In this document: in pieces, positions 1 through 9,879 of the stretch | How the letters are laid out: each line of letters opens with the position of its first letter | Position numbering within the stretch: position 1 is the stretch's first letter | IMG/VR virus record: IMGVR_UViG_3300023048_000001 | Location: 64,001 to 128,000 of that record | Direction: 5' to 3' (one strand) | DNA length: 64,000 nucleotides | Origin: a virus | Taxonomy: Duplodnaviria > Caudoviricetes | The notes under the pieces: model-generated | Told to the model about the DNA's origin: nothing | What the model saw: only the letters and a program-made list of their open reading frames with translations | The model's database searches: none | Translations under genes and position numbers: made by a program

Positions 1-1947
1 GTTAACTGAAATGGTTGGAGTAACTGATGGTGTAATAGAAATCGTCTGTGTAACTGATGGTGTCACAGAAATGGTTGGTGTGATCGTTGGCGTAATAGAT
101 ATCGTTGGCGTAATTGTTGGTGTAATAGATATCGTTTGTGTAATTGATGGTGTTACTGTAATAGTTGGGGTGACGGTTACAGTAGGCGTAGGTGTAACTG
201 CTGGTACTAATGGAAAGAACTGTGCAGTTTTATTTGTTGAATCATAGACCAGTGTACCAATGTCTGAACCATCAACGTTACTTGCTGAATTACTTTCACA
301 GTTTACATAAATGACAGCATCGTTAACTAATAGACCACCAACGTTAATAAAGTCAGTACCAGACTGCTGCATCGATCCACCTAAGAAGCTCTGGAATTGA
401 ACGCCAACGTTACCGGACACGCGCTGACCGTACCAGTTCAATCTTAATCTAATCGTAAAGTCTTCCTGTGGGTAGTCATCAGCTAACTGGTTGAAGTTAA
501 CTATAACAGCCTCAGGACCACTTGGAGAGGTATTGTCGCCACCCCATGTCAAATAAACGCCATCATTAGTCTGACGACTCCAACCTACATCTACATCGCG
601 TGCTGGATCAATAATAGCAGTTCTTGTATCCAAGTCAGTACCATCTGATGGAGTCCATGTGTAACGAACCAATGCAAAGTCAAATGGCTGGTTAAATGAA
701 CCCGGTGTTGATGATGGCGTAATCGTAGGTGTAGGTGATGGCGTTAACGTCAATGAACGAGTAACTGTTGGCGTTGGTGTAGGAGTTGCCAATGGTGTTG
801 AGCTAACTATAATTGTTGAAGATGGTGACATTGATGGTGTCAATGAATGTGTTGGAGAAATTGTAGGTGTGACTGATGGTGCTGGTGGAATAAAGTTCAC
901 CGGCTTAACCATAAGAACATCTGGATATGTCTTTTCAACATTCGTAGGAGCTACAAAGAAATCAGTCGAATCATATGAGAAATAGTCAATATCGTTGTCA
1001 ACCATGTTGGCAACGTCAATAACTTTGTCCTTCACCTTGTCATTTGAGGTGAATGGAGTTGTGGCAAGCATGATATACAAGCCTTCTGGTGGAATCGGCT
1101 GTAGAACACCAGTACCGTAATCGATTCTGGTGATTTTAAGCTGTGTACCAGAAGGAATATCACTGAACTTCAAACTATCACCCCCAAGGGTTCTGAAGTC
1201 TAGAATGCTCTTACTGAATAGGTAATAGTTTCTACGGCGGCGAACAAGGATTTCGTTCCAACCAGCCCAAGGTACTTCAGTAAGGGAGTTTGACAAGTAT
1301 TCTGTACATAGTTCTTCTTCTTCATTTGGCTTCTTGATGCTTACTTCGATACGAATAGGAGTGTCGTCCAACTTGTAAGGGAGTGCAGGAGTAGGAAGCA
1401 ATGAAGGTGGATATTGGAATTTAGTAAGGTACTTAGGCACCGCGAAGGTAAAGTAGCCTTCAGCAGTAACCTGAAATAGGGCCACATCGTTAGCAACCAT
1501 CTGAGGGGTAAGCTTGATTGAGCTTCTTGAAACAAGCTGAGCTTTACCATTGTAGAAGTTATCAAATGTTACACGAATCTGGTTCTTATTAACGAATAGT
1601 AGGCTATACTGGTCAGGATCATCAAGTTTTTCTAATTTATTGTTTACATCGTAAACATAAATGGTGGTAGCTGGGTTTGTACCCAAGTCATGATCAATCA
1701 CCCAAACGTTGTTTGGAAGAGTCTGAGTATAATTAAACAGAACACGTCTCTGACTATAATCTTCCAGACCGGGAACCTCTGAAGGGAATTTCTCTCTGAT
1801 ATTATCAGGATTTCTCTTCGTTTTAAGAAGTTTCCCTTTGCATCCATAAGTGATGACACATTTAGAGAATGTGGTTAGACCATTACTGTTTTCAAGTAAA
1901 TCAATATCTCTATCACATATATTACATTTATATGTTAGCGTTGCCAT
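1..1947 (-). CDS. Large Thr/Pro/Ser-repeat (mucin-like) probable virion protein, partial (runs off the left edge)
   Basis: ATG at 1947 (MATLTYKCNICDRD...). The frame is stop-free where read codon by codon (1-720) and is absent from the ORF track, consistent with no stop in the window. TPS(V/I)TPT repeats at 1-210 and 705-890, WVIDHDLGTNP motif, TAAATA motif upstream (~1977-1986). Confidence 0.8.
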   Translation of the reverse strand, partial: MATLTYKCNICDRDIDLLENSNGLTTFSKCVITYGCKGKLLKTKRNPDNIREKFPSEVPGLEDYSQRRVLFNYTQTLPNNVWVIDHDLGTNPATTIYVYDVNNKLEKLDDPDQYSLLFVNKNQIRVTFDNFYNGKAQLVSRSSIKLTPQMVANDVALFQVTAEGYFTFAVPKYLTKFQYPPSLLPTPALPYKLDDTPIRIEVSIKKPNEEEELCTEYLSNSLTEVPWAGWNEILVRRRRNYYLFSKSILDFRTLGGDSLKFSDIPSGTQLKITRIDYGTGVLQPIPPEGLYIMLATTPFTSNDKVKDKVIDVANMVDNDIDYFSYDSTDFFVAPTNVEKTYPDVLMVKPVNFIPPAPSVTPTISPTHSLTPSMSPSSTIIVSSTPLATPTPTPTVTRSLTLTPSPTPTITPSSTPGSFNQPFDFALVRYTWTPSDGTDLDTRTAIIDPARDVDVGWSRQTNDGVYLTWGGDNTSPSGPEAVIVNFNQLADDYPQEDFTIRLRLNWYGQRVSGNVGVQFQSFLGGSMQQSGTDFINVGGLLVNDAVIYVNCESNSASNVDGSDIGTLVYDSTNKTAQFFPLVPAVTPTPTVTVTPTITVTPSITQTISITPTITPTISITPTITPTISVTPSVTQTISITPSVTPTISVN

Positions 1948-1983
1948 CCATTATCACCAAATTCGGGTTATCCACCTATTTAT

Positions 1984-3270
1984 TTAATTTGGTTGCCAGT
2001 ATTTTTTGATACGTTCATCATTTACGGAATGTGGTCTTGGATTCCCATGAAAACAAACAATACGGGCATTCTTAGGGATTTCAATCTGCCCTTGCTTATT
2101 AATGCAATGTCTTTTGTAAGATACGATCTGATTAGGGAACATATCCTGAAGATAATCAATAGAAGGCTTGTTTTCATCAATCCAACGCTGATCACCTTCA
2201 CGATAGCTGGTAATAATTTCTCTGGAACGTGGAACGAATCTAGTATAGATCAAATTAGTTTCAGTTGGATTCCATGACATGACACCACTTCCTAAAGAAT
2301 GTAGAGCATAGAAATCACGTAACCCAGCAAAGTTTCCTCGGTACGAAACAATTTCATCTATATTTCCAGTAATGATAGTGTCCAAATCCATATAGAAGAC
2401 ATGATTGGCAAACTGATCATGCTTAAACAATTCAAGCTTACCCCACCATGTAGGATAATCATTAGAGAATGGGATCACTCTATCAATATCTTTAGAGAAT
2501 CCAGTTGCATTGTCTGTTATACACACAATTTCATGATCAACAGTGATATTCTTCTTGATGCCCTTGGCAAGTGCATTTACATAATCAGCATTGTAAATCT
2601 CACCACCAGTTTTTAATACCATAGCAATCGTAACTTTTTCAGGTCTTTCGAATTTAAAGTTTAGTGGACGTTTGCTGATATCAAGACATTTGATCGCAAT
2701 AAATTGTTCCTTGCGACCATCTACCATCATTTGACGTGAAACATTGATGTCATCAGCATGGCGTGCTAAGAAGTCTTTAACTGCCATATGCTGCGAATGA
2801 TTGTGCCCTTCATCAAAGTCTGAAATATAAATGGTTCCAGAATATGTCATCTTTGTCCACAAATAATCCAATGCAAGTGAAGTAATGTTATTCTGTTTAA
2901 GATCGACTACAGCAAAGCAGAATGTCGTGTTCGATGGAATGATATCATTTAGGTCATGATACCCATTTGTTTGTAAAATCGAATATTTTGTATCATCAAC
3001 ATTATTTCTTTTTAAATATGCAAAGACGGGCTGTGGGAGAACAGCGTACTGGCCTTTCTTAATTTCATTAAAATTTGGATGACGTAAATCATGCTTATCT
3101 GGCTCTGGTAGACCTTTGAAGGTATCGATACCATAGCATTTCTTATTAGTGTGTTTAACAAAAGTGATTAGGTCAATAAAGCTCCCACCATCATTGATTC
3201 TCAAATCTATGACATCACCCTGTAACTTTAGTGAATCTTTAAGGTGTAATTTTTGTTTGTTGTGCATCAT
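1984..3270 (-). CDS. Fusion of a TylF/MycF-like methyltransferase domain and a GT-A (GT8-like) glycosyltransferase domain
   Basis: N-half YGIDTFKGLPEP; C-half VLKTGG..YN.DYV, WWGKLELF, YMDLD (DxD), GDQRWI, VCFHGNPRP; ATGA overlap with the upstream gene. Confidence 0.75.
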   Translation of the reverse strand: MMHNKQKLHLKDSLKLQGDVIDLRINDGGSFIDLITFVKHTNKKCYGIDTFKGLPEPDKHDLRHPNFNEIKKGQYAVLPQPVFAYLKRNNVDDTKYSILQTNGYHDLNDIIPSNTTFCFAVVDLKQNNITSLALDYLWTKMTYSGTIYISDFDEGHNHSQHMAVKDFLARHADDINVSRQMMVDGRKEQFIAIKCLDISKRPLNFKFERPEKVTIAMVLKTGGEIYNADYVNALAKGIKKNITVDHEIVCITDNATGFSKDIDRVIPFSNDYPTWWGKLELFKHDQFANHVFYMDLDTIITGNIDEIVSYRGNFAGLRDFYALHSLGSGVMSWNPTETNLIYTRFVPRSREIITSYREGDQRWIDENKPSIDYLQDMFPNQIVSYKRHCINKQGQIEIPKNARIVCFHGNPRPHSVNDERIKKYWQPN

Positions 3271-3950
3271 AATGGTTTGGATAACTTCTTTACGGCTGCT
3301 GATAGGGTATAACGCGGAAAGCAATCAATATTGCTGGTTGGACTCGCATTGATAACTTCGATATTGGCAGCTTTCAATTGAGTTAAAGTTGATCTGAAGA
3401 TAGATGGTAAATGACTTAGTGATCGGGTGGTCTTCTTTTCATTATAGAAATATCCAGCCGATGCATCGAGACCAAAGAAAGCAATTCGTTTAGGTCGTAA
3501 ATGATAAGCCAAATTCAAAGCACCAAATCCTGAGTTGCCAGTATTGATACAACTTGGGTCTTCATTTAATCCCCAAGTGAGCATATCGTATGGTTTAACA
3601 TCAGCACAACTATGAAAAGGAATTCTATGCAGGTAATTGATGGTTGGGTCAGCTTCAATCTTATGATCACCACTTCTTGCATCCATCATCCCGTAATCTT
3701 CTGGAACAGCAGAAAATAGATCACCAGTGAAACCCTTTGGAATCTGGCCTTTGGTTAAACCCCAAGGATCAAGAGTGAACCATGCATCAGCATAAGGAAG
3801 GTACTTACCTGCATCATTTACGGCAATGATGTAACCCTTATTTCTCAAGTTCTCAAAATTAAAATTCATTAAACTTGGACCCGAACAGACTATGATTACT
3901 GTGTCAGGACGTAATGTTGTGTTGACTCTTGACCATCTGATACCGCTCAT
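3267..3950 (-). CDS. DUF115/MptE-like (GT42/Maf-related) putative glycosyltransferase
   Basis: CSGPSL, IIAVN, NSG..ALNLAYHL, FGLD, VINAS..S motifs; paralog of 6089-6736. Confidence 0.6.
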   Translation of the reverse strand: MSGIRWSRVNTTLRPDTVIIVCSGPSLMNFNFENLRNKGYIIAVNDAGKYLPYADAWFTLDPWGLTKGQIPKGFTGDLFSAVPEDYGMMDARSGDHKIEADPTINYLHRIPFHSCADVKPYDMLTWGLNEDPSCINTGNSGFGALNLAYHLRPKRIAFFGLDASAGYFYNEKKTTRSLSHLPSIFRSTLTQLKAANIEVINASPTSNIDCFPRYTLSAAVKKLSKPL

Positions 3951-4897
3951 TCATGATTCCTTAGTAATTCTTGATAGAAAATACTATTCTCTACCTTCAC
4001 CGCGTTAGACAAATCACTCCAATTCATTTGTCTTTCATATAGTGAAACAATTAAATTCTTTCTTTCTTGATCAGAATTTAGATTTCTGGATGTAACACCA
4101 GCACCCAAACTGATTACGTTAGAATGATATAGCATCGTCTCGATCAATACTGTGGAGTTGATCCCAACTACCATATCTGCATAAGGTATATAGTGGTGAA
4201 CATCACCCTTTACCTCTATAAATTTGTCATAATTTCCTACGTTTGCTGGGACAAGTGGGTGTCGTTTGAAAAGAATATCTCTATCATCATACTGATAGAT
4301 GTCACTAACATATTGCATTAACTCATCCATCGTTTTAAATGGTGAATATTTGACAATCTGAGTATCAGTCTCTACCTGTAGTGGGACAAAGATGAATGGC
4401 TTATCATGAAGCCTATTCTTTTTATTATCTTCTTGTAATTTATTAATTAGTGAATCAGTATAATCTACATCTTTTGATTGTAGGGGTGATGATATGTTTG
4501 ACAACCTGCAATTGACACCAACAAGATCGAAATAGCATGTCTTTCCATAGTGATTGAAGAATCCTAGCTCACCATAGATAATTTTTATACCTCTGGCCTT
4601 CAACGTCTTGATTGTCAATTGGTCGGAGGGTAGGTTTCCATTCCATATAAAAGAAAAGTCAGGTTTAAATCGAATAGCATTGAGGTAGGCATCAGCATTA
4701 CTTTCATTAAAAGTATCCAATTGATAGACTTTATTGTAGTCATCTGTAACAGCGCCAGCCTTGGTGTGACAAATGATATAAGTTTTATGTCCCATTCTTT
4801 CTAATGTATTAGCTAAGTCTTTAAATAGACTAAGAATAGACTTGTAATTCTGAGCAGTTTCATGATTATTTAAAGCTACAGTAAAAAGGAAATTCAT
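3947..4897 (-). CDS. KpsS/KpsC-like capsule polysaccharide biosynthesis protein (GT-B)
   Basis: ELGFF, FVPLQVETDTQI, KRHP and INSTV..E motifs. Confidence 0.75.
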   Translation of the reverse strand: MNFLFTVALNNHETAQNYKSILSLFKDLANTLERMGHKTYIICHTKAGAVTDDYNKVYQLDTFNESNADAYLNAIRFKPDFSFIWNGNLPSDQLTIKTLKARGIKIIYGELGFFNHYGKTCYFDLVGVNCRLSNISSPLQSKDVDYTDSLINKLQEDNKKNRLHDKPFIFVPLQVETDTQIVKYSPFKTMDELMQYVSDIYQYDDRDILFKRHPLVPANVGNYDKFIEVKGDVHHYIPYADMVVGINSTVLIETMLYHSNVISLGAGVTSRNLNSDQERKNLIVSLYERQMNWSDLSNAVKVENSIFYQELLRNHE

Positions 4898-5361
4898 TAT
4901 CTGTACCTTATAAATTTGGCAGGTGATCCCGCTACAATGGCTCTAGCCTCTACAGATTTGTTAACGAAACTGTTGGCTCCAACGATACAATCATTATTGA
5001 GGACAATGCCATGATTGATGGTACATTGACCACTTACCCAAACGTTGTCCCCAATCACCAATGTACTTCTAAGCATCTTCTCTTCAATCAAAGGAACATC
5101 TGTAATCTGGTGAGAAGAGGCCAGTAAGATAGTGCTTGGGCCGATCAACGACCCTTTTCCAATGGACATCTTGCCAGTACATTGAATAAAATTATGATAT
5201 CCAATAACACTCTTTTCACCAATCTCAAGTTCACCTTCCATTTCTATAACAGTATAGGCTCTGATCTGGACCTTATCACGTAGGATGATAGTCCCGCTTC
5301 CGATAAATTTTACCGTTGGATCGATTCTAACGTTATTTCCTTTGATGATATCTAATGTCAT
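4897..5361 (-). CDS. Hexapeptide-repeat (LbH) sugar O-acyltransferase
   Basis: IGDNVWV...IVGANSFVNK...VAGSPAKFIR. Confidence 0.9.
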   Translation of the reverse strand: MTLDIIKGNNVRIDPTVKFIGSGTIILRDKVQIRAYTVIEMEGELEIGEKSVIGYHNFIQCTGKMSIGKGSLIGPSTILLASSHQITDVPLIEEKMLRSTLVIGDNVWVSGQCTINHGIVLNNDCIVGANSFVNKSVEARAIVAGSPAKFIRYR

Positions 5362-6092
5362 TATAACTCTTCTCTAATAAGTTTTATTTCTGGATGAATT
5401 TTTGAATATTTATCCACTAGATTTAGGTAGTGTGGATAGCCAAGATTCTTATATTCTTCAATATCTTTAAATGGTTGCCTATTAGGGATTATTTTATTAA
5501 AGCTGCTGTATCGGGTCTGACTCAATAAATGAATAATAGGAGAACTTAAGGCGAAGGCTACTTTTTTATTCTTTCTATAAAGGTTTTCAAAAATAAAATC
5601 ATCACCACAATAAAAATCAAGAACAGAAGGAATATCCACCCATTCTGACTTTCTAAAAGTAAAATCCCAACCTTGTCTGGTCTTTTCATCAAGAACAACG
5701 TATGAGAGTTCTTTTTTAGCTACAGTCCAATCTTTATGATTAGTTGGGTGGATTACACAGGAAACATCTGATTCAATATCAAAAATTTGTCTTGTATCAC
5801 TTAAAAAGTTAGAAGGGATGCGAATATCATTGTTCAAGAAAGAACAAACATCACCTTGCGCTATTTTTATGAACTCGTTCCATATAGCGTTCAATGGCCT
5901 GTTGAAGCCATTCTGTATAACTACGTTACCTTCGGCCATCATCTGGTCTAGGAATGCCTCTGTACCCGGTTCTACGGAGTTCTGATCCACTATGATCAAC
6001 TCATAGTGCTTGTAATTTTGTTTCTTTAAATCTTTTACCAGATTCTTTGTATGTTCTAAACAATTGAAGTTGACGATTAAGCAAGATATCAT
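5361..6092 (-). CDS. GT2-family glycosyltransferase
   Basis: ISCLIVNFN...LIIVDQNS...FLNNDI...GDD. Confidence 0.85.
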   Translation of the reverse strand: MISCLIVNFNCLEHTKNLVKDLKKQNYKHYELIIVDQNSVEPGTEAFLDQMMAEGNVVIQNGFNRPLNAIWNEFIKIAQGDVCSFLNNDIRIPSNFLSDTRQIFDIESDVSCVIHPTNHKDWTVAKKELSYVVLDEKTRQGWDFTFRKSEWVDIPSVLDFYCGDDFIFENLYRKNKKVAFALSSPIIHLLSQTRYSSFNKIIPNRQPFKDIEEYKNLGYPHYLNLVDKYSKIHPEIKLIREEL

Positions 6093-6736
6093 AAGTAGTT
6101 CTCTAGTTTGTCTTTTCTAAAGCAATCAAGAGCCGAAGATGGTGAACAGTTGACCACATCAATTTTCATATTCTTCAGACCCGGTGCCATGCTGTTGATA
6201 GATGGGATGAACATATCATCATAAACATAATTGCCCATAGGCAGACCATGACCTTCATGCCAGTGAGATTGTCCACGGGATAGTTTCATATCGTAGCCAA
6301 GAAGGATGATTCTTTTCACCTTAATATTGGCTAAAAGGTTTAACATGTGTGCCCCACTGTTATTTCCTCTTACGTTATCAATATTCATGTCAATCCCATA
6401 GTCTCCTGTTCTGCGAAGAACAGTGGCATTTCCAGAGGCTAATATATTTCCTTTAATATAACCATCTGCACTATGCCTTGCAGTGAAACGAAGTTGACAG
6501 GAATGATTCATAACGTTATCATAGTGGGTTCCGATCCAGCTTTCATCGCACCAATACAGTGCAGTTGCATCAGGAAACTCTCTGTACGCTGTATTCAGAC
6601 AGATAATGTTTTTGCCTTTTAATGAAGATTTATCGACCATTTTGAAACTAGGACCACCTCCTATAACAAAAACGTCTCTACCGCTAACTTTATCGTAAAG
6701 TTGTTGTATTTTATCTCGCATTTTGCTACCATTCAT
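6089..6736 (-). CDS. DUF115/MptE-like putative glycosyltransferase
   Basis: GGGPSF, IICLN, NSG, LLGYDM, HWH, VVNCSPSSAL; paralog of 3267-3950. Confidence 0.6.
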   Translation of the reverse strand: MNGSKMRDKIQQLYDKVSGRDVFVIGGGPSFKMVDKSSLKGKNIICLNTAYREFPDATALYWCDESWIGTHYDNVMNHSCQLRFTARHSADGYIKGNILASGNATVLRRTGDYGIDMNIDNVRGNNSGAHMLNLLANIKVKRIILLGYDMKLSRGQSHWHEGHGLPMGNYVYDDMFIPSINSMAPGLKNMKIDVVNCSPSSALDCFRKDKLENYL

Positions 6737-6779
6737 CTTCTAAATACCCAATCAGTTACACCATATTTAGAGGCCAAAA

Positions 6780-7310
6780 ATGCTACCTACTTTAGAAAAA
6801 GAATGCTCGGAATTTTTGAAAGCATCTAATGGATATCCATTACTCAAGAACCTCCCGCTGAACAATGATGGATTCAGAAAAGTAAAAGTCCGTAAGAAGA
6901 AAAATATAAACAGTGATATCGTAAAGATTTTCAATGAAACCTTTAACGATCACACGGACCTAATCATGCAGCGCTCTATATTTGCGCATGGGCCATCAGG
7001 GTTTAAGCCTTCTGATAATCCAAATTTCGCCCCATTCTATATCTTTCCAACTGATGGATTTAAGTTTCTCTATGCACAAGACGTAGCAGAGACTACAGAA
7101 ACCTATAAGGATACGTTGAGTGTCCTCATTGATCATTATGGTAAAGATGGAATTCAAACTTTTAAAGATGTATTGAAATATCAATACACCTTCGATGATC
7201 TAGAAAAAGGTCTAAGAACAAAAACGGAAATGATCATTTATGACATCCCGTACTACTATGCAATCAATTACTTTTTGATTGAAGATTATGCTAATTTCAT
7301 TTCTGAATAA
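6780..7310 (+). CDS. Hypothetical protein
   Basis: 176-aa ORF, GAGG SD, TAAATA upstream. Confidence 0.7.
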   Translation: MLPTLEKECSEFLKASNGYPLLKNLPLNNDGFRKVKVRKKKNINSDIVKIFNETFNDHTDLIMQRSIFAHGPSGFKPSDNPNFAPFYIFPTDGFKFLYAQDVAETTETYKDTLSVLIDHYGKDGIQTFKDVLKYQYTFDDLEKGLRTKTEMIIYDIPYYYAINYFLIEDYANFISE

Positions 7311-7402
7311 TAAGATGATGATTTAAAACAGAAAAGGTGGAATGCCTTTTGTGGTACCTAAATATTAAACCAAAAACAAGAACAACGAGGTAAGAAAACT
7401 TA

Positions 7403-9871
7403 ATGGTAGACGAAAGTAAAATCTCCGTAATCAAGAGAAATGGAGAGAAAGAACAACTAAATCTTGATAAAATTCATAGAGTTGTATCATGGTCATGCGA
7501 AGGAATTAAGGGTGTATCAGCTTCAGAAATTGAAATGCGAAGCCAGCTTAAGTTCTTTCAGGGCATTACCACCAAACAGATTCACAGCACACTCATTAGA
7601 ACAGCAGCAGACCTAATTTCTGAAGATGCTCCTAACTATCAGATCGTAGCCTCAAAGCTACTAAACTATCAGTTAAGAAAGGAAATCTATGGTCATTTTG
7701 AGCCATGGGAACTAGGTGATGTTGTAAGTCTAAACATTGAACGTGGAGTCTATACTAGCGAACTCCTAGAGTGGTATACGGTTGAAGAAATAGCTGAACT
7801 CAATAGTGTTATTGATCATAATAGAGACTTTGATATCGTATATGCTGGTACTGAACAGTGGTCAAGTAAGTACTTGGTGCAGAATCGTGTAACCAAGGAA
7901 AAATATGAGACTCCACAGATTGCATATATGTTGATTGCTGCGACAGCATTCAATTCATATCCAAAGGAAACACGTCTAAAGCATGTTAAGAATTATTACC
8001 ATGAATTAAGCAAGTTCGATATCACCATTCCAACACCTGTTCTAGCCGGTCTACGCACAGATGAAAAGCAGTTCAGTTCTTGTACTGGTATTTCAGTTGG
8101 TGACTCACTTGATAGCATCAAGGCCGCAAACTCGGCCATCATCGATTACGTATCACGTAAAGCAGGTATTGGTCTAAGTGTTGGCCGTATTCGTGCTGAA
8201 GGTTCACCAATTCGTGGTGGTAAGGCTGTGCATACTGGCGTAACACCATTCTTGAAGGCATTCCAAGGAGCTTTGCGCTCATGTTCACAGGGTGCAATTC
8301 GTAATGGATCAATGACAACCCACATTATCTATTTCCATCCAGAAATTGAAACTCAGTTGGTATTGAAGAATAACAAGGGTACGGAAGACAATCGTGTTCG
8401 TCAGATGGACTATTCTTTTACAGTAAATCGTTTGTTCTACAAGCGTGTTCTTGAAGATGGTATGATCACTCTGTTCAACCCAAGCGAAGTTCCAGATTTG
8501 ATGACAGCTTTCTATCATTCTGATAATGATGCGTTTGAAGCTTTATATGCGAAGTATGAAGCTGATCCACGTTTCAAGAATGCTAAAAAGATTTCAGCAT
8601 ATGAACTGTTGGATAACTTTGTGGAAGAACGTGTTAATACGGGCAGAATCTATCTGCTTAACATTGACAATGCAAATCACCACTCACCATACAATCCAGA
8701 CCTACATCCGATTGAACAGTCAAACCTATGTCAGGAAATTCTTCTACCATCAGTCCCAATGGGACAGACTATTAGAAAGATTCTTGAAATCCCTATGGAT
8801 GATGAGTTGTCGCAGGTTCTAAAGTGGGTTGATGATAAGGAAGTAATCACATTTAAGCGTCTTGATGCGGATGGTGTGAATTCAACATATGATGTAACGT
8901 ATAATTCAAGCCGTATCTTCCTTTGCACATTATCTGCAATCAATTGGGGTAACATTCGTAAGCCTGAAGACTTCGAAAAGCCAATGGAATACGCGGTAAG
9001 AGCATTGGATGCTATCTTGTCTTATCAGGATTATCCTTTGATTGAATCTGAACTTTCTACCAGAGACTTCAGAACACTAGGTATCGGTATTAACAACTTA
9101 GCTTATTTCTTGGCTAAGCATGGCGTTAAGTATGATGAAAGTGCTTTAGAATTGGTTGATGAATACATGGAAGCCATGTCATTCTACGCAATCAAGGCTT
9201 CTGTCCAGTTGGCGAAGGAATTTGGTCCATGTGACCGTTATCATGAAACCAAGTGGGCCAAGGGTGAATTCCCATGGGAAAGAAGAGCAAAGGCTATTGA
9301 TGAATTAGTACCTATGAAGTTGAGACTTGATTGGGATGGCCTACGTGCTGACCTATTGAAGTATGGTATTAGAAATGCGTCACTTCTAGCTAACATGCCA
9401 AGTGAAAGTTCAAGTCAGTTAGTCGGTGCAACGAATGGCGTAGAACCACCACGTACCTTAATTTCTAAGAAGAAGTCAAAAGATGGTGTTCTAAAGTTAG
9501 TTGTTCCAGAATATTCAAAACTAAAGAACAAGTATGACCTTCTATGGGATCAGAATGGGGCTGAAGGTTACTTAAAAGTAATCGGAGTCATTTCTAAGTG
9601 GGTTGATCAGGCAACATCGGTCAATACTTCATACAACCCTCAGAAATTTGGTGATAGCATTCCATTTGACACCATCGTAAAGGATATCTTCATGCATTAT
9701 AAGCTTGGTGGTACAACCCTTTACTACAATAACGTTTTTGATGGTGCAACTGATGACTACACAGAAGACGAACAAAAGGTAAAAGCAGTGGACAAGTATT
9801 TGGCTGAGCAATATGCAAAAGCTCAAGCTGAAGAAGAGTTCGAAGATGATTGCTCAGCCTGCAAACTATAA
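7403..9871 (+). CDS. nrdA: Class Ia ribonucleotide reductase alpha subunit with ATP cone
   Basis: VIKRNG ATP cone, PTPV, QFSSC, SCSQG, SNLCQE, LCTL, GIG, MPSESSS, C-terminal CSAC. Confidence 0.97.
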   Translation: MVDESKISVIKRNGEKEQLNLDKIHRVVSWSCEGIKGVSASEIEMRSQLKFFQGITTKQIHSTLIRTAADLISEDAPNYQIVASKLLNYQLRKEIYGHFEPWELGDVVSLNIERGVYTSELLEWYTVEEIAELNSVIDHNRDFDIVYAGTEQWSSKYLVQNRVTKEKYETPQIAYMLIAATAFNSYPKETRLKHVKNYYHELSKFDITIPTPVLAGLRTDEKQFSSCTGISVGDSLDSIKAANSAIIDYVSRKAGIGLSVGRIRAEGSPIRGGKAVHTGVTPFLKAFQGALRSCSQGAIRNGSMTTHIIYFHPEIETQLVLKNNKGTEDNRVRQMDYSFTVNRLFYKRVLEDGMITLFNPSEVPDLMTAFYHSDNDAFEALYAKYEADPRFKNAKKISAYELLDNFVEERVNTGRIYLLNIDNANHHSPYNPDLHPIEQSNLCQEILLPSVPMGQTIRKILEIPMDDELSQVLKWVDDKEVITFKRLDADGVNSTYDVTYNSSRIFLCTLSAINWGNIRKPEDFEKPMEYAVRALDAILSYQDYPLIESELSTRDFRTLGIGINNLAYFLAKHGVKYDESALELVDEYMEAMSFYAIKASVQLAKEFGPCDRYHETKWAKGEFPWERRAKAIDELVPMKLRLDWDGLRADLLKYGIRNASLLANMPSESSSQLVGATNGVEPPRTLISKKKSKDGVLKLVVPEYSKLKNKYDLLWDQNGAEGYLKVIGVISKWVDQATSVNTSYNPQKFGDSIPFDTIVKDIFMHYKLGGTTLYYNNVFDGATDDYTEDEQKVKAVDKYLAEQYAKAQAEEEFEDDCSACKL

Positions 9872-9879
9872 GGATAAGA

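Noticed and set aside
11-247. Gly/Val-repeat ORFs (also 12807-13076 and 13290-13760)
   Set aside because: Antisense shadows of the Thr/Pro repeat genes
8760-8915. Intein or intron in nrdA
   Set aside because: Too short, in frame, and no Cys/Ser start or His-Asn end
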